Assembly (NCBI RefSeq): GCF_006345805.1
Contig: NC_043024.1
Span: 13,392,001 to 13,456,000, forward strand
Direction of reading: 5' to 3'
DNA length: 64,000 nt
DNA from: Octopus sinensis
Lineage: Eukaryota
This document shows positions 41,290-55,702 of this stretch, in pieces. Each line of letters opens with the position of its first letter. The stretch's first letter is position 1. The notes under the pieces are model-generated. The model was not told where the DNA came from and did no database searches. It saw only the letters and a program-made list of their open reading frames with translations. The position numbers were made by a program, and so were the translations under genes.

Positions 41290-42092
41290 TAGGGGAGGAA
41301 GTGCCTGTAATATTTGTATCTCCCGTTACAATGTGCAGCATATGCAACTGGTAGACCCGCAAAAGATATTCCTTCCACCCTTTGACAGTAAACTCGGTCT
41401 CATGATGAAAAGTTTCGTAAATAGCAATGACACACGATGGTCGTTGCTTCCTGTAACTCAAAGTAAAATTTGGTGCAGAGGAAAGTGACGTAAAACTGAA
41501 AGCAGGCATTTTTATTGGACCCGAGATCAGAGAATTGATGTCTGATAGCAAATTCAGAGGTAGACTGAATCTAGTTGAGCTGACGGCATGTGATTCATTC
41601 GTATTAGTGGTACACAACTTTCCTGGAAATCATAGAGCTGAAAACTATGCTGAGTTAACAGACAACATACTAAAAGCGGATGAAAGAAAGGGATGCCGAA
41701 CAACCCTTAAAATGCATTTCTTGCCTTCACATCTCGATTTTTTCCAACGTATTTTGGTGCCGTCAGTGATGATCCTGGTGAGAGGTTCCACCCAGACATA
41801 TCTCAGATGGAAACGAGATATCGAGGCCGGTTCAATCCAGACATGATGGATGACTACTGCTGCTTCCTACAACGGGAGACCAGCACGACACTTAAGCGCA
41901 AGAGCAAGTGTCTCAAACATTTCTTAGCTGAACATATGAAAAACAAAGTGAGCATTCCCTTAACATATATATACTATGTAATATTATATTATTATACTAT
42001 TTGCCCTGAACATTAAATTTACTCAATATAGTACTAATATACCATTATAATAATTATTTACATTAAACGTAGGATTAGGCTTGTCACCAGTG
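41290..42092 (+). mobile_element. DNA transposon 3' remnant, probably Chapaev-3 type (CMC)
   Basis: Frameshifted KIFLPPFDSKLGLMMKSFV..KLKAGIFIGPEIRELM..MHFLPSHLDFF..GAVSDDPGERFHPDISQMETRYRGRFNPDMMDDYC; ends ...gtcaccaGTG. Superfamily recalled from motif pattern, not searched. Confidence 0.75.
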
Positions 42093-42212
42093 ACGTCGCA
42101 ACTAATTTGGATATATATATATAATATATATATATTATATATATAATATATATAATATATAGATAGATATATAGATATAGATAATAATAGATAGATATAA
42201 AAAGATAGATAT

Positions 42213-42246
<34 letters not shown>

Positions 42247-43078
42247 GATAGATAGATAGATAGATAGATAGATATAGATAGATGATAGATAGATGATGGG
42301 GACGTCACTAATGTATCCCATTGAGCATTGGTTGGGCAACTTACAAAGAGTGAAATTTCCTTAAATATGTTTAGCTGGGAGCATGTCATAATCTCTCTGC
42401 TGTAAATGTCTTTTTCACGCGTTTGGAATTTACATTGATACTTTGACACTTTATTTTAATGTTGTGTAATTTATACTCCACATATAATGATATGATCATC
42501 GAAACATTTTAATTAGTGTCTCGTGGGTACACTACAAATTTCATTTATTCATTTATTTGCCTCTGAATTAATAAGCTCCACTTCATGTAGCTTGAAAATT
42601 CACAGGATTATAAATAAACTACAAATCCACATATACATACACATACAGACAAATGCACAGGAAGTTTCTGTATTCTAATCGCTGATGATTTCTCAGCAGT
42701 GTTACTGGGCTGAGTAATGATCTTCAATGCTTCGAACGGAGAAAAATATATGTGTGTGTGATGTGTGAATGCATGAATATCTCGATATCACCAACGCGAA
42801 ATACATTTCTTGTGAAAATTACAACCGGTTGGTCTATGTTTTCGACGATTTCGGAATGGAACAATGCCCTGCTTGATAAACCGCCAAGTGTTAGCCCTAG
42901 AAACTGCACCAGAATGTAAAATCCTAAATCATTTAAGCACCCGTGCAACACATGAGAATATGGACTCATAGGTACGAAGAATTATACTCTGTTACTTAGA
43001 AATAACCACGAACTTTGAATCACACAAACAAGAAAACAAAGCGCGCACGATATTACACGTATATACGCACAGAGAAAT

Positions 43079-43111
<33 letters not shown>

Positions 43112-44282
43112 TACAGGCACACAGAGATGGGCTCTACTGCAACATTTTGGCGCAAATCCTCACTCGATTACTTCAACTCTAAATTAAATTCCTGCTTATT
43201 TTTATAAGCTTCAGACAAAAGAAAGGCGAAGCTAACTCAGGAGGAATTCGAACAGAAGGCTTAAAGATCCGGAACCAATGTTTCTCTAATTATTTTACTA
43301 AAATACCATCCAACGCATATCAATGACTCTATGGGTTCTCATTTCATAACAGATGGAGCCTATTTTTTGTTTTAAGTTTTCTTTTAATTATTTTACGGAT
43401 TAGTTGCAAACATTTCGAAGAATGGTTTATAGAATTTCGCTCTCGTCTTCTCCGTAGATACAATTAATAGAATTTACTTAAATCTGATTGCTAAATCCCT
43501 TATAATCCTGTTATTTAAAAGTTAATCCTTCTAAGCCGCGCAAATTCTTCATTTATTCCCTTCTAAACAGCGTCGTTCACACGTGACCATATTCAATTAA
43601 AATTAGTAAAATCGAGTCGTATTGAAAGCATTGTAACGAGGATATCTCGCTTTGCTGAAGACGATGCTTCAGCATATTATTGATATTTAGCCCCTGGTCA
43701 CTGATGATCCAGCAGTAGGTCTATGACGAAAGGTAGTCCAGTGATGATCATCTCAATCTCTTATTTGCAATACATGTGAATAAAATATTTCGTCTTTTAT
43801 CTCTTTCGAGTCATCAAACTGAAGCCGTACTGGGACATGGACTTGGAGGGGCACGTGGGACAAATCATTACTGATTGAATTGTACACCTGGTTCGTCTTT
43901 TCGTCAGACTTTTTCACCGATCCACGGGTTTAGGACGTAAACAAACCATCTCCGGTTGTCAAGTTGTGATGGCGATAAACCCAAGCAAACACACACGCAT
44001 AAATACATGTATATATACACTCACACACAAACACCTCTCCCGCTCTCTGTCTATCTTTCTCTCTATCCATTTATGTATACACACACATATATACATGCAT
44101 GTATGTATATACATATACATTCGATAGGTTTCTTTCAGTTTCCGTTTACCAAATCCCCCAACAAGGCTGTATATATATATATATTATATATATATATATA
44201 TAAAGGTCCGTCTTACACAGAATAGAAATGATATCAAGAATTAAAGGGTGTTGAATAAGTGTTTACTAGTTCAACTGCTGTT

Positions 44283-44382
44283 NNNNNNNNNNNNNNNNNN
44301 NNNNNNNNNNNNNNNNNNNNNNNNNNNNNNNNNNNNNNNNNNNNNNNNNNNNNNNNNNNNNNNNNNNNNNNNNNNNNNNNNN
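44283..44382. other. Scaffold gap (100 N); contiguity across it is uncertain
   Basis: Exactly 100 N. Confidence 0.98.
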
Positions 44383-44485
44383 ATTGCATTTTCAAACCTT
44401 TTTTCTTATATATATATATATATATTATATATATATATATATATATATGTATATGTATATATATATATACCTATATTTGTGCGTG

Positions 44486-44537
<52 letters not shown>

Positions 44538-45664
44538 TTCAAAGAGAAAAAAAATCTTTGAAAAGAAAAAAAGTCATTTTCCACTTTGAAGTGCTCAGGA
44601 TTTCGAACTTAGACGGATATAGAATAAAAAATCGAGTTAGGGAAATCGATTCACATAATAAAATACAATATTCAACCATAGACTCAATATGCACACATTT
44701 TGAATATCATATTTAATATATCAAACCTATTAGAGATTTATAGATATATAAATATAATAAAAATGTATAGATTTATCAATACATAAAAAATATATAAATG
44801 CATAAATATATAAATAAATTAGAATATATTGGAAATATAAATACATATATAGATCGACTAACAGAATGAAAGCGATACCATAGAACTAGTCAGAGATTTA
44901 AGCGTCCAGAAAAAGGTAAAAGAAAAGGTTCAAGTATTAATAATCCGACGGCCGTTTCTAGGGAGTCGAGTTATCCAGTCAAATAGATGATTGCACACAC
45001 ACACATACGCACAAATACACACACGCACGCATACACACACAGACACACACACACACAATGCTTGAGAGAGATTGAAGTAAATTATTTTTACACTGGTGCT
45101 CGATGTAGATTAAAGCTATAATTATTAATCCGTATACTAATGTGGGAGAAAACAGACCTTAGATAAAAAAAGTGACGAAACCACAACTGTGAACAGGATA
45201 AACCTTCTAACCATATGTACATATCTACACTCAGACGCACATTTATTCAGTCGCTTGTGTACCATATTTAATGAATATATATCGTAATATATACAGTGAT
45301 ATTAGTCTGGAGATAATATCTTTTATAGATCCGCCGTGTTTAAAAACAGAATATTTGTCAGAAAGGGATAAAAAATTGTCAAAGCTGCAGACAGTAAGCT
45401 TTATGCATTTCTATATGAATGAGAAATTTCAATATCATGAACTTGCAGTCAATGTGCTTTGACAAAATTAGTCTACATCCATGTATAGGAATAGAGTGAA
45501 TAAATAATCACCAGTGTTTGAATAGCCGCCCTGATGAATACAATCGGTATAAGAGTAGCAATATAAGATAAAAATATACATTGTGCTTGCATTTACAAAC
45601 AATATGTTGATCAAAGATATCTCCAGTCGAAAACTGCAGGGAATTTGCCGAGCGCGAGATGTGT

Positions 45665-45830
45665 ATATATAGGGAGAATTTACAAAAAGAAAAAAAAAAG
45701 ATGAAGACGGGTGTGTAAACAACAAACAGATGTATTAGTTTAACGCTCGGGAAGCGAGAAGTCTTTTACGTTTCGGGCATACGCTCTTCAACAGAAGGGA
45801 CAGAGAAATACATGGTGAGAAAATAGCGTA
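45665..45830 (-). mobile_element. Copy of the 25.7 kb hammerhead-like small repeat
   Basis: Minus strand cttctgttgaagagcgtatgcccgaaacgtaaaagac. Confidence 0.7.
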
Positions 45831-45849
45831 TGTATATATATATATATAT

Positions 45850-45939
<90 letters not shown>

Positions 45940-46029
45940 AGATATATATATATTATATTATATATATATTATATTATATTATAAAATGAGATAGGCATAA
46001 ATGATCAAAGGAATAGTATAATATGTATA

Positions 46030-46063
<34 letters not shown>

Positions 46064-47453
46064 CGTTTTTTTTGAGAGTCAAAATCTATTGAAAAGGTTG
46101 CAAACGCAACGAAAATTTTAGAAAAATAAAATAAGAAATATGTGGAATTTTCCGGTGAGTGTGTTACATAAGGCACAAAAAGTAAATGACTCTCCCCAGA
46201 CAACAACAGTATATATATATATATATATATAATATATATATATATATATAATATATATATCTGTATATTCATATTTTATTTATACATACATGCACACTCA
46301 CTCACATACACACACACGCGCACACACATGCAAATTAGGGTAATGGAGTAGGTAAAATCCATTTAACATATGTTTCCTAGCTAGTAGAAACATTGGAAGT
46401 AATAATTACTCAAGCGTCGGGTACTCCACTAGCAACTCACCAGGGGGGGGAGTAGAGAAGCTCTTCGCGAAATGAAAGTTACATTGTCATCAAGGGAACC
46501 CGAGTTGACTCGCAGGAGATTTGATCGAGTCCTTAAAGTTGGATTCTAATTCGCTTATAGAGAAACCCTAGTTGCTAACCGTGAACTATAGAATAACTAC
46601 CCTCAGCTTATATATATATAGGTAGAGGGAGAGAAAGAATGAGAGGGGTGTAATAATGTGCGTGTATGTTCATTCGCGTGTTTGTACATTTGTCGTTAGA
46701 TTCACATTTCCTCCATACATATTGTCTACTCAAAATTCCTTATCCCAAAGGTCTTCAAATCTCTTGGGCGGTGGTCATTGACTATTTAAATAAAATGCAC
46801 ATATACACATACCCACACACAAACACCAAATGCAAACACATATTCGTATGCACACATCATATATATGTGTGTTTGTGCGTGTGTGTATGTGTGTGCGCGC
46901 ACATACACACACACACACGTTTGACTTCCAGAGAGTTTTTGTGTCTCAATTCAGTCTATCAACATTATAAAGTGACTTACGTCATGAATAGATAAAATTG
47001 AACCCCTAGATCTCTAAGGTCCTAAGGCAAGTCAATGCACTGGATCTTAGGGTATTTGCTTATTGGCAGTAGACCACAGCATACATGGATAGAAATGCAT
47101 CCCTTGACTTCTGTGGTTTCTGGACAATAATCCTGCGTGTGTATGCCTTAAACTTTATTTCAAGGGGTTACAATAGATAATGTGAAGCCTACAGTGGTGC
47201 GAAGCGGGTTCAAGCTCAAATATATTTATTTTCTAAACAACAAAACGCATAACAAAGCATCTATGCCAGTGATATTATGATACACACAGATGTAATGCAT
47301 ACATCTATGTATATACATACATATATAAAAATGCATGTATAGATATATGTACATATACGTATATATATATATATATATATATTATAATATATATATATAT
47401 ATATATACGTATGCATGTACATATGTAAATTGTATACATATATACGTATATAT

Positions 47454-47499
<46 letters not shown>

Positions 47500-47503
47500 A
47501 TAT

Positions 47504-47692
47504 GGGCACAAACATGGACAAAGTTATTAAATCGATTATATCGATCCCAGGCATGACTAGTATTTATTTCCACGACACCGAAAGAATGAAAGGCAAAGTC
47601 GACCTCGGCGGATTTGAACTCAGAACGTAGCGGCAGACGAAATACCGTTAACCATTTCGACCGACGTGCAAACGATTTTGCCAGCTCACCAC
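47504..47692 (-). mobile_element. SINE A copy
   Basis: aaggcaaagtcgacctcggcggatttgaactcagaacgtagcggcagacgaaatacc. Confidence 0.85.
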
Positions 47693-47737
47693 TTTACATA
47701 TATATGTACATATATATGATTATATATATAGTGGTTG

Positions 47738-47814
<77 letters not shown>

Positions 47815-47882
47815 ATATATAATAGGTAATAGATCGATAGATTATATATATAGATAGATAGATAGATAGATGTAATAGATAG

Positions 47883-47938
<56 letters not shown>

Positions 47939-49633
47939 CAGATAGGTAGGCAGACAGATAGACAGATATTTAAAATTTCCTCAGTTTTATTAGTAAACGC
48001 TGCCTTATTATTCAGCCACACATATGATATCTAAAATTATAATATATAATGTTGCAGACTACCTAGCACTTATCTCTGCCATAATTAGATTGTGTATGTA
48101 AATAACATTCACAAATTCACACTTAACTGAAATCGCATTAATGTCTGCATAAAAGGCTTTTAAAGCGACTATTCTATTTAATTATATTGTCCATTTCTTG
48201 GCTCAGGATAGGTAAACATGAAAGTCAGGTGTCTGTGTATGTGTTTTCTAAATAACCCGTGTATGTATATATGAGTGTGCGTATAGGTTTAATATACATA
48301 CACATGTATATATATGTAACATGGTTCGGTTATGTTATTGGAAAGCTCGCTTTGTAAAGGTTATGTGTTCCAGCTCATACCTCATCATTTCATGCGGCAT
48401 CGGCATAAAATATTTTCTATTACAGTGTTTGGTCGACCAAAAACAAGGCACACAATGAGATGCTAGTGGCTTGTCGTCCAAATCACCCATTTTAGTACGC
48501 AACTGACTTCCGGTTAAGGATTACTAACATTCTGGAGTTGAGTCTTCAATACATTAAGACGTCTATCTTGGTTCCAAAATTAAAAGAAATCAAGGATATT
48601 ATTTATCAACTTGCATTTCTTGATTATAAAATCACCTTTTGTTTTACGAAAACGCCACTTTATAATAGTACTCAGATTATTACATATAGGCCTCCATATA
48701 TATCTGTGTCGCATTCAGTCTACCTTCTTGTCTGTCTGTATGAGTATATGTCTCTCCGTGTTTTTTGTATCGTCTTCTAACTAAATGGTTTGTGTTCTTG
48801 TCCCAGTTTGTGTTTTCTTACATATACATATATATATGGCAGCGCCCGTACCCTTTTTCGTCTTGTATGTAAGTACATTTTTCTTTAAACTTGGTACGAC
48901 TCTATAACACTGTCTCTCCCCCCCTCCTACATTTCTCTGCCTTTCACACTTTGCACTCCACTTTGATCTGTCTCTTTCTCTCTCTTCTCCTCCTCCTTTG
49001 TTCCTTGTTCCCTTTCTTTCTCTCTTCCTCTGTCCCTCTTTTCCTCTCTCTTCTCCTCACACGTCACTAACTTTGGACTGCTGTCCTGCCTAACCGTGGT
49101 CAGCAGCCGCCAAGGCCAGACACATTCTTTTTCTCTCTTCGCCTCAAGGCATTATTCCAATGCGCCAGCTCGAGTTCACCTGTCCTGTCGAAAAGACGCC
49201 TGTCTGTCTTTGAGAGTCGGATTCTAGATAAACAGAGCATCCATCATATATTTACAGCAGGAGGTGTTTTTCCTTCCTATTTGCGTATAATTGTAGTTTG
49301 TTTTGTTTTATTTCTTTTAGGCTAGTTTTCCCCGCTTCTGTCAACATCCTTTTTGGTAAGGAGGGATGTCGGGAGACATCCTTATATACAAGTGCGCCGT
49401 GTCGACATGTGAGAATAAGAACTGGACTATAAGTGTGGCATGTCGTGTTGTTTTGTTATCTTTATGTAAACGACATTTCACATCAGTTTATGCACCTTTA
49501 TATTGTATCAAAATCTATCTAATTTTCGAATTCTGTGAAAGTGTTAATTCTACAGTTCTATATACACCTCCCAGTGATATTTCACCAGAATAACTACAGA
49601 ATGTCTCAAAATATCTAGCATAAAATACATATA

Positions 49634-50054
49634 GGCGCAGGAGTGGCTGTGTGGTAGGTAGCTTGTTTACCAACCACCTGGTTCCGGGTTCAGTCCCACT
49701 GCGTGGCATCTTGGGCAAGTGTCTTCTGCTATAGCCCCGGGCCGACCAATGCCTTGTGAATGGATTTGGTAGACGGAAACTGAAGGATGCCCGTCGTATA
49801 TATGTATATATATATATATATATATATGCGTGTGTGTGTTTGCGTGTCTGTGTTTGTCCCCCCTCAACATCGCTTGACAACCGATGCTTGTGTGTTTACG
49901 TCCCCGTAACCTAGCGGTTCGGCAAAAGAGACCGATAGAATAAGTACTGGGCTTACAAAAGAATAAGTCCCGGGGTCGAGTTGCTCGACTAAAGGCGGTG
50001 TTCCAGCATGGCCGCAGTCAAATCACTGAAACAAGTAAAAGAGTAAAAGAGTAA
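49634..50054 (+). mobile_element. Full-length SINE B
   Basis: tRNA-like head, internal (TA)n(TG)n, tail ...aagtaaaagagtaaaagagtaagag. Confidence 0.92.
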
Positions 50055-51065
50055 GAGATACACTTGCACTTTAAATGTTGTATTTTGTTATTGCCCACTT
50101 GTTCTGTCAAAAGAGACCATTCTAACGTCAAATTCCGAAGAATATTTATTTTACGTCCAGAATTTACATGATTCTTGAGCGATATTTTTAAACCTGCAAT
50201 GTCTATTTATAAATGACTATTATTCATAAAGCAATGTTTGTCGCTAAATAATGAGCTACTTCATAGTAAATGTTTGAAAATGAAGAGATAGAAGTCAACA
50301 ATATCGAATTATGTAAACTTACAATTAATTACATTGTTAATGCCGTTGAACCGACCGACTCAGACATACTCTATTGCCAGAGGTGAGTGACTTTTCTGAT
50401 TGTCATATAATATTAATTAAATATGTTTGCTAATTAAACCGATTTCGCTCTAGCCTGACTTAGCGAATATACATGTCTGAATTAGAATAAAGGTCTCTTT
50501 GCGGTATTTCAGTTAGGTATAAGCTTCTGGCTGTAACAAAAATGATACAATAACACAGGTGACTAGTAATATTAACTAATTATAATTAAAATTTAAAGAT
50601 GATTAACAGAATTTATCTTACTAAATTAATTAAAAATGCTGAGTAGCCAAATGTATAAATAAATTAATTAGAATTTATTCAAAAACTGAATGCTTTTCAA
50701 TTCAGTGTTCCGGTGTTAGTAGAAATCTTCAGATAAATTTCCCCCAAGGAATTACTAAAAACCTTAGAATTACTTCAAGGATTCTAGCATGTTAGTAAAT
50801 GTACATTGAGTGGTGAGTTATGTAAAGATAATGACTGAGAAAATATACTTAGGGACTCTTGCTGCATGAAATACATGTAGTTAAGTGGATATTAATATGA
50901 TGTGATGAATCAACAATTTTGAAATAACTAAATGTAGAAAAATAATGAGGAGAAAATTAAATTATGGTAGCGTTTTGCGCATACACGTGCAAACATATAC
51001 GCATACATGCACACACAAGAATTGTAGCGAGTGTAATGCAAACGTGAACATAACGTATTTATTCT

Positions 51066-51459
51066 TTTCTGTTCTAGGCACAAGGCCCGAAATTTTGGGG
51101 GAGGGGGCCAGTCGATTAGATCGACCCCAGTAGGCAACTGTTACTTAATTTATTGACCTCGAAAGGATGAAAGGCAAAGTCGACTTCGGCGGAATTTGAA
51201 CTCAGGACGTAAAGACAGATGAAATACGTATTTCTTTACTACGCACAAGGGGCTAAACACAGAGAGGACAAACAAGGACAGACAAATGGTTTAAGTCGAT
51301 TGTATCGACTCCAGTGTGTAACTGGTACTTATTTAATCGACCTCGAAAGGATGAAAAGCAAAGTCGACCTCGGCGGAATTTGAACTCAGAATATAACGGC
51401 AGACGAAATACGGCTACGCATTTCGCCCGGCGCGCTAACGTGTCTGCCAGCTCGCCACC
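51066..51459 (-). mobile_element. SINE A hybrid dimer (first unit A1 tail, second unit A2 tail)
   Basis: Junction gaaatacgtatttc at 51221-51234; distal tail cccctcccccaaaatttcgggccttgtgcc. Confidence 0.88.
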
Positions 51460-52242
51460 TTACATAACGTATTTTTTTAATTATCATAGGTCCTTAATTG
51501 TACATATTGGTAAAGTAACACATTCACTGTAGTAACTCTTCATGCAGTTCTTCATTTCGGACAATGATTGGGTTTCAAGCAGAAGCCACATGCCCTCGTT
51601 GAGCTCATGACACAACGAGGCAGTAGGAATTCTGATGTCCACAAAAGCCTTCAGGTTGCTTCTATAGAAGACACCATTCCTCAAGATCAATTATAACACA
51701 GACACAAGTATAAGTTTATAGAAGGGAAACTGGAATCCGAGACAACTATTCGGCGTCTTTACCAGATGCTATAATCGCCACAAACAATACGAAGGAAATT
51801 TGGGAAATAAAAACTGTAAGGATATTGCAAGTTCCCTGTGTCATTCATTTGCCTCGTCAAAATGTTTCCCGTTGATTATATATGACAATCATATTAATCC
51901 TTAAACGGCGGACCTCATCAATCAATGTTTCAAAAATGTTACACCGATACACCCCCCCCCCCCATCTATCGATATTCGAACGTCTAGTTTATCAATTAAA
52001 AGGGAAAAATGAATATTTAATGGCATTTTCCGATAGTGAGATTGTAAAGTGTATTATGTACGGGACTAATAATTAATATGGTTTTTGTATTTATTAAAAA
52101 ATGAAAATGAGAATACACGCATAAAAATTAACCTAAAGAAAAGGAGATCTTTTCCGAAATTTTGCTCTTTGACACACCCATTTCTCCAACTATTTGCCGC
52201 TGTTCAAGGTTTAAGAACGCATGCTCAAGCTTTGTATGTGCA

Positions 52243-53091
52243 TAGGAGATCTGAGGAATATGTTTCCGGATTGTTGCCATAATAACGAAGCTAAAGCGCT
52301 CAGAGTGAAGCCGCTTAGCACATATTGACCTTGGACTCTGATGTGCAGGCGCACTAGGTAGCTCACTTATGCTGTTAGCTCACTACAGCACTGCTTTAAA
52401 GGAACGTGTGTAGCGTGTGATGGTCGCATTGACAATGACAGAGAAAGTTGTCATGGCAATACCTGCTCAGAGTCTGACGCAAATTTTCAGAATATGTATA
52501 GAGAGGAGTGTATGAGACGCATATATGTATGAGTAATTCAGAGATTTTCAAGATGGCCGAAAAGATGTCGATAGTGAGGAAGGATCTGGGATCCCGAAAA
52601 GCAGCAGAAATAAAAAAAAAAACATCGCAGATATGAGGGGAAAGCGTCGAATCAGCAACCATGAGTTATCAGCGGATGTGCAGATTAGTTACGGTTCAGT
52701 TCAGTCAATTATCACTCAAAAGTTTTTGTATGAGATGCATGTCTGGCAAGCTTGTGCCGAAACTGCTTTCAATAAAGATCTTGAATGTGTCGAGTACGAG
52801 GAAAACTTTTTGAAAAATTGCGTATGCCTCTGAGCAGGTATCGCCGAGCTTTTGACAAAATTTGATGCTGATTCTCTGCTCAGCTTTCTCTGTCATGCTC
52901 AATGCGACGATCACACGCTACACACCTTTCTTCCAAGTACTGCTGCAACAACGTAAGTGAGCTAGAACTTTAAAACTTAGTGCACATGTAGAGCAGCGGT
53001 CAAAGTTTATTGTTACCGAGCGGTTTCGCTCTGCGTGCTTTACCATCGTTACTATAGCAACAGTCACGCTACTTGTTGATCAGACCACGTA
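52243..53091. mobile_element. Mariner derivative made of two oppositely oriented 5' halves
   Basis: Plus: MTEKV..RRISNHELSADVQISYGSVQSIIT..KLVPKLL..EENFLKN; minus: MTEKAEQRISIKFCQKLGDTCSEAYAIFQKVF; TIR TACGTGGTCTGATCAAC on the minus strand ending at 53091. Confidence 0.8.
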
Positions 53092-53329
53092 TGTGTGCGA
53101 ATTCATGCACAAAATGCTAGCATAATCATTGACCTTCATCAGACAGTAATGTAATGAATTGTTTGTTCAGTTTATCAATCAACTTGACATTAATAATCCA
53201 TCACATACGTATATATTTCTGTGTTTGTTTTTCTTATACATGTATACGTATTTCAGTATATCTCTCACCACACACACACTCGCACATATCATGCACCCAT
53301 ACACGCACACACACACACACGCATATCTA

Positions 53330-53372
<43 letters not shown>

Positions 53373-53421
53373 ACACACACACACACACACACACACATAC
53401 ACATATGTATATACATACATA

Positions 53422-53590
53422 TATACGACGGGGTTTCTTTCCGTTTCCGTCCACCAAATCCACTCACAAGGCTTTGTTAGTCCCGAGGCTATAGTAGAAG
53501 AGACTTGCCCAAGATGCCACGCAGTAAGACTGAACCAGGAACCATGTGGTTAGTTAGCAAAATACATACCACGCAGCTACTTCTGCACCT
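53422..53590 (-). mobile_element. SINE B 5' half
   Basis: atacgacggggtttctttccgtttccgtccaccaaatccactcacaagg. Confidence 0.8.
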
Positions 53591-53963
53591 GTAACACATA
53601 CACTCCTACGACTATACACACACACATGTATTTATCGTTATGGTAAAATCTGGCGTGTGATTGAGTGGATTTCATCCAGATAGTTTTGGCTGAGGAGCTA
53701 CAAGTGGATTTTTTGTGAGTAAAATTACATTTAATTCATTAATAGCGAAACAATTGTCCCAAAATAATCTGTATTTTTGTTATTTTTTATTTGCCCTGTT
53801 CGTGTGAGCTAACAATCGTGCTGACTTTCATGGGAAACATGTATTTTTGTGGTTGAAACCTTTTGGATTTACTAGTGCTAGAGTGAGCCATATAGTGACC
53901 ACTCTCTTATATTTATTTTACTATTATTTTATTATTATTTTATATATATATATATTATATATA

Positions 53964-54005
<42 letters not shown>

Positions 54006-54631
54006 TCATGCATATATACACTTATATATCCATATAAAGATTAACCAGTGAAATGCTACTTCAGCCTATAATATACTACGAAGCACTTTATTAGAATGCT
54101 GCATGCATGCGTGGAAGCCGTAATGAAATGGCCACTGAGCGAACTTTAAATCACACACGTTCGCTCTTCATAGCAGAATATTCGAAACTTGACACGAAAT
54201 GTCCGACGATACTTGGGCTGCATATTACAATGATAAAATCTTTCACTTTCGACAATTCATGCTTTTATATCACAAAATACCGCATATTGCATATGAAGAG
54301 GTGTACATACCTACAAGCATACATACATATAATATGCATACATATGTATATATACATACATTATATAAATATATATATATATATATATAAATAATATATA
54401 TATACATATTATATATATATATATATATACATACATATATATATACATATATGCATGTATATACATACATATATATATATATATATGCTAACATGTCTGT
54501 ATGTGTATATGTATGTATGCTTATATAAATGTGTGTAAAGATGCGTATATGTGTTTATATGTATACGTATAATATACATATATGTATATATTGTTATCTG
54601 CATATATATATATATAGTATATATATATAGT

Positions 54632-54665
<34 letters not shown>

Positions 54666-55026
54666 GTATATACGTAATATACGTATAAATATATGTGTGA
54701 ATATATATATATGTGTGTGTATGTGTGTGAGTGTGTTCATTTATTCATTTATTCAAAGTACTCACAAGATATCTTTTGATCAGTCTGAAGTGCATAGCCA
54801 TGGCATAATTGAGAGAGGATTAACTGCAGATTTTTAACACCTCGTCGTATTTCTTAAGATGTGTTCTTCATTATTAATTTAAAGTCATCGTCCAAACTAG
54901 AAATCACAAATCACCAATTCCCGAATATCACAAAATCAGATATATCAGAACTTTACTTGACGTTTAATCACGAAATATGCATATGCATATATTAACGATC
55001 GCCATAAATTTTTCTTAATTCTGCAG

Positions 55027-55223
55027 CTACGTCTAAGAAAGGAAACTTCTCCGTACCATATTACCCATCCTCGAGATATTATGCCGCCGTTCAGTATTCT
55101 AACGCCGATGGATTACGGACCACCTACTCGCCAAACCATCTCCTCGCCTCTTGTACTATTAATCTAGCTGCTTGCCGGATTAAATTCACTGACAGGAATC
55201 AGAGCAATGCCTCATCAAATTGA
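55027..55223 (+). CDS. Candidate exon of an unidentified gene
   Basis: Acceptor tttttcttaattctgcag; non-repetitive and more GC-rich than its surroundings; open frame TSKKGNFSVPYYPSSRYYAAVQYSNADGLRTTYSPNHLLASC...SSN*. Confidence 0.25.
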
Positions 55224-55569
55224 TAAATATAATTGATGACTATTTGATTCCTTCAGAAGTACGGTCTTATATGTTATATCCTCATAAAATTCCGTGTGAG
55301 ATTCTCTAAGACGAAGCTGTTGGTGCCAGTGGTGTTGCTGGTGGTGGTGGCGATGGTTGAAGGTTGCTGTTGTTAACAAACGCCTGACACTTCTCACAAG
55401 AAAATGCTTCAGTTTTGAAATAATAATTGTTAGAAATTTAGAAAAGATTAAAAGAAAAAAACAAAAGAAGAAACGAGAAAGAAATGAAATAAAATAATTC
55501 TAATGCAATACTGTTTTTTTCTTCTTTTAATATATTTGTCTCTCTTAGAATTTAAACATTAATAACGGA

Positions 55570-55670
55570 ACGTGTTTCATGTCACCAATAACAATAATGT
55601 CTTATGAGCAGCAGCGATGAAAGTAGCAGAAGCAGCAGTGGAGGTGGTGGTGGGAGTAGTAATATTAGTA

Positions 55671-55702
<32 letters not shown>

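Noticed and set aside
42724-42969. Minus-strand YILVQFLGLTLGGLSSRAL, reminiscent of an aquaporin helix
   Set aside because: No NPA motif, weak acceptor, no neighbouring exons found
51480-51700. Minus-strand ORF loosely like a Gypsy integrase-upstream region
   Set aside because: The H-H-C-C residues are not present
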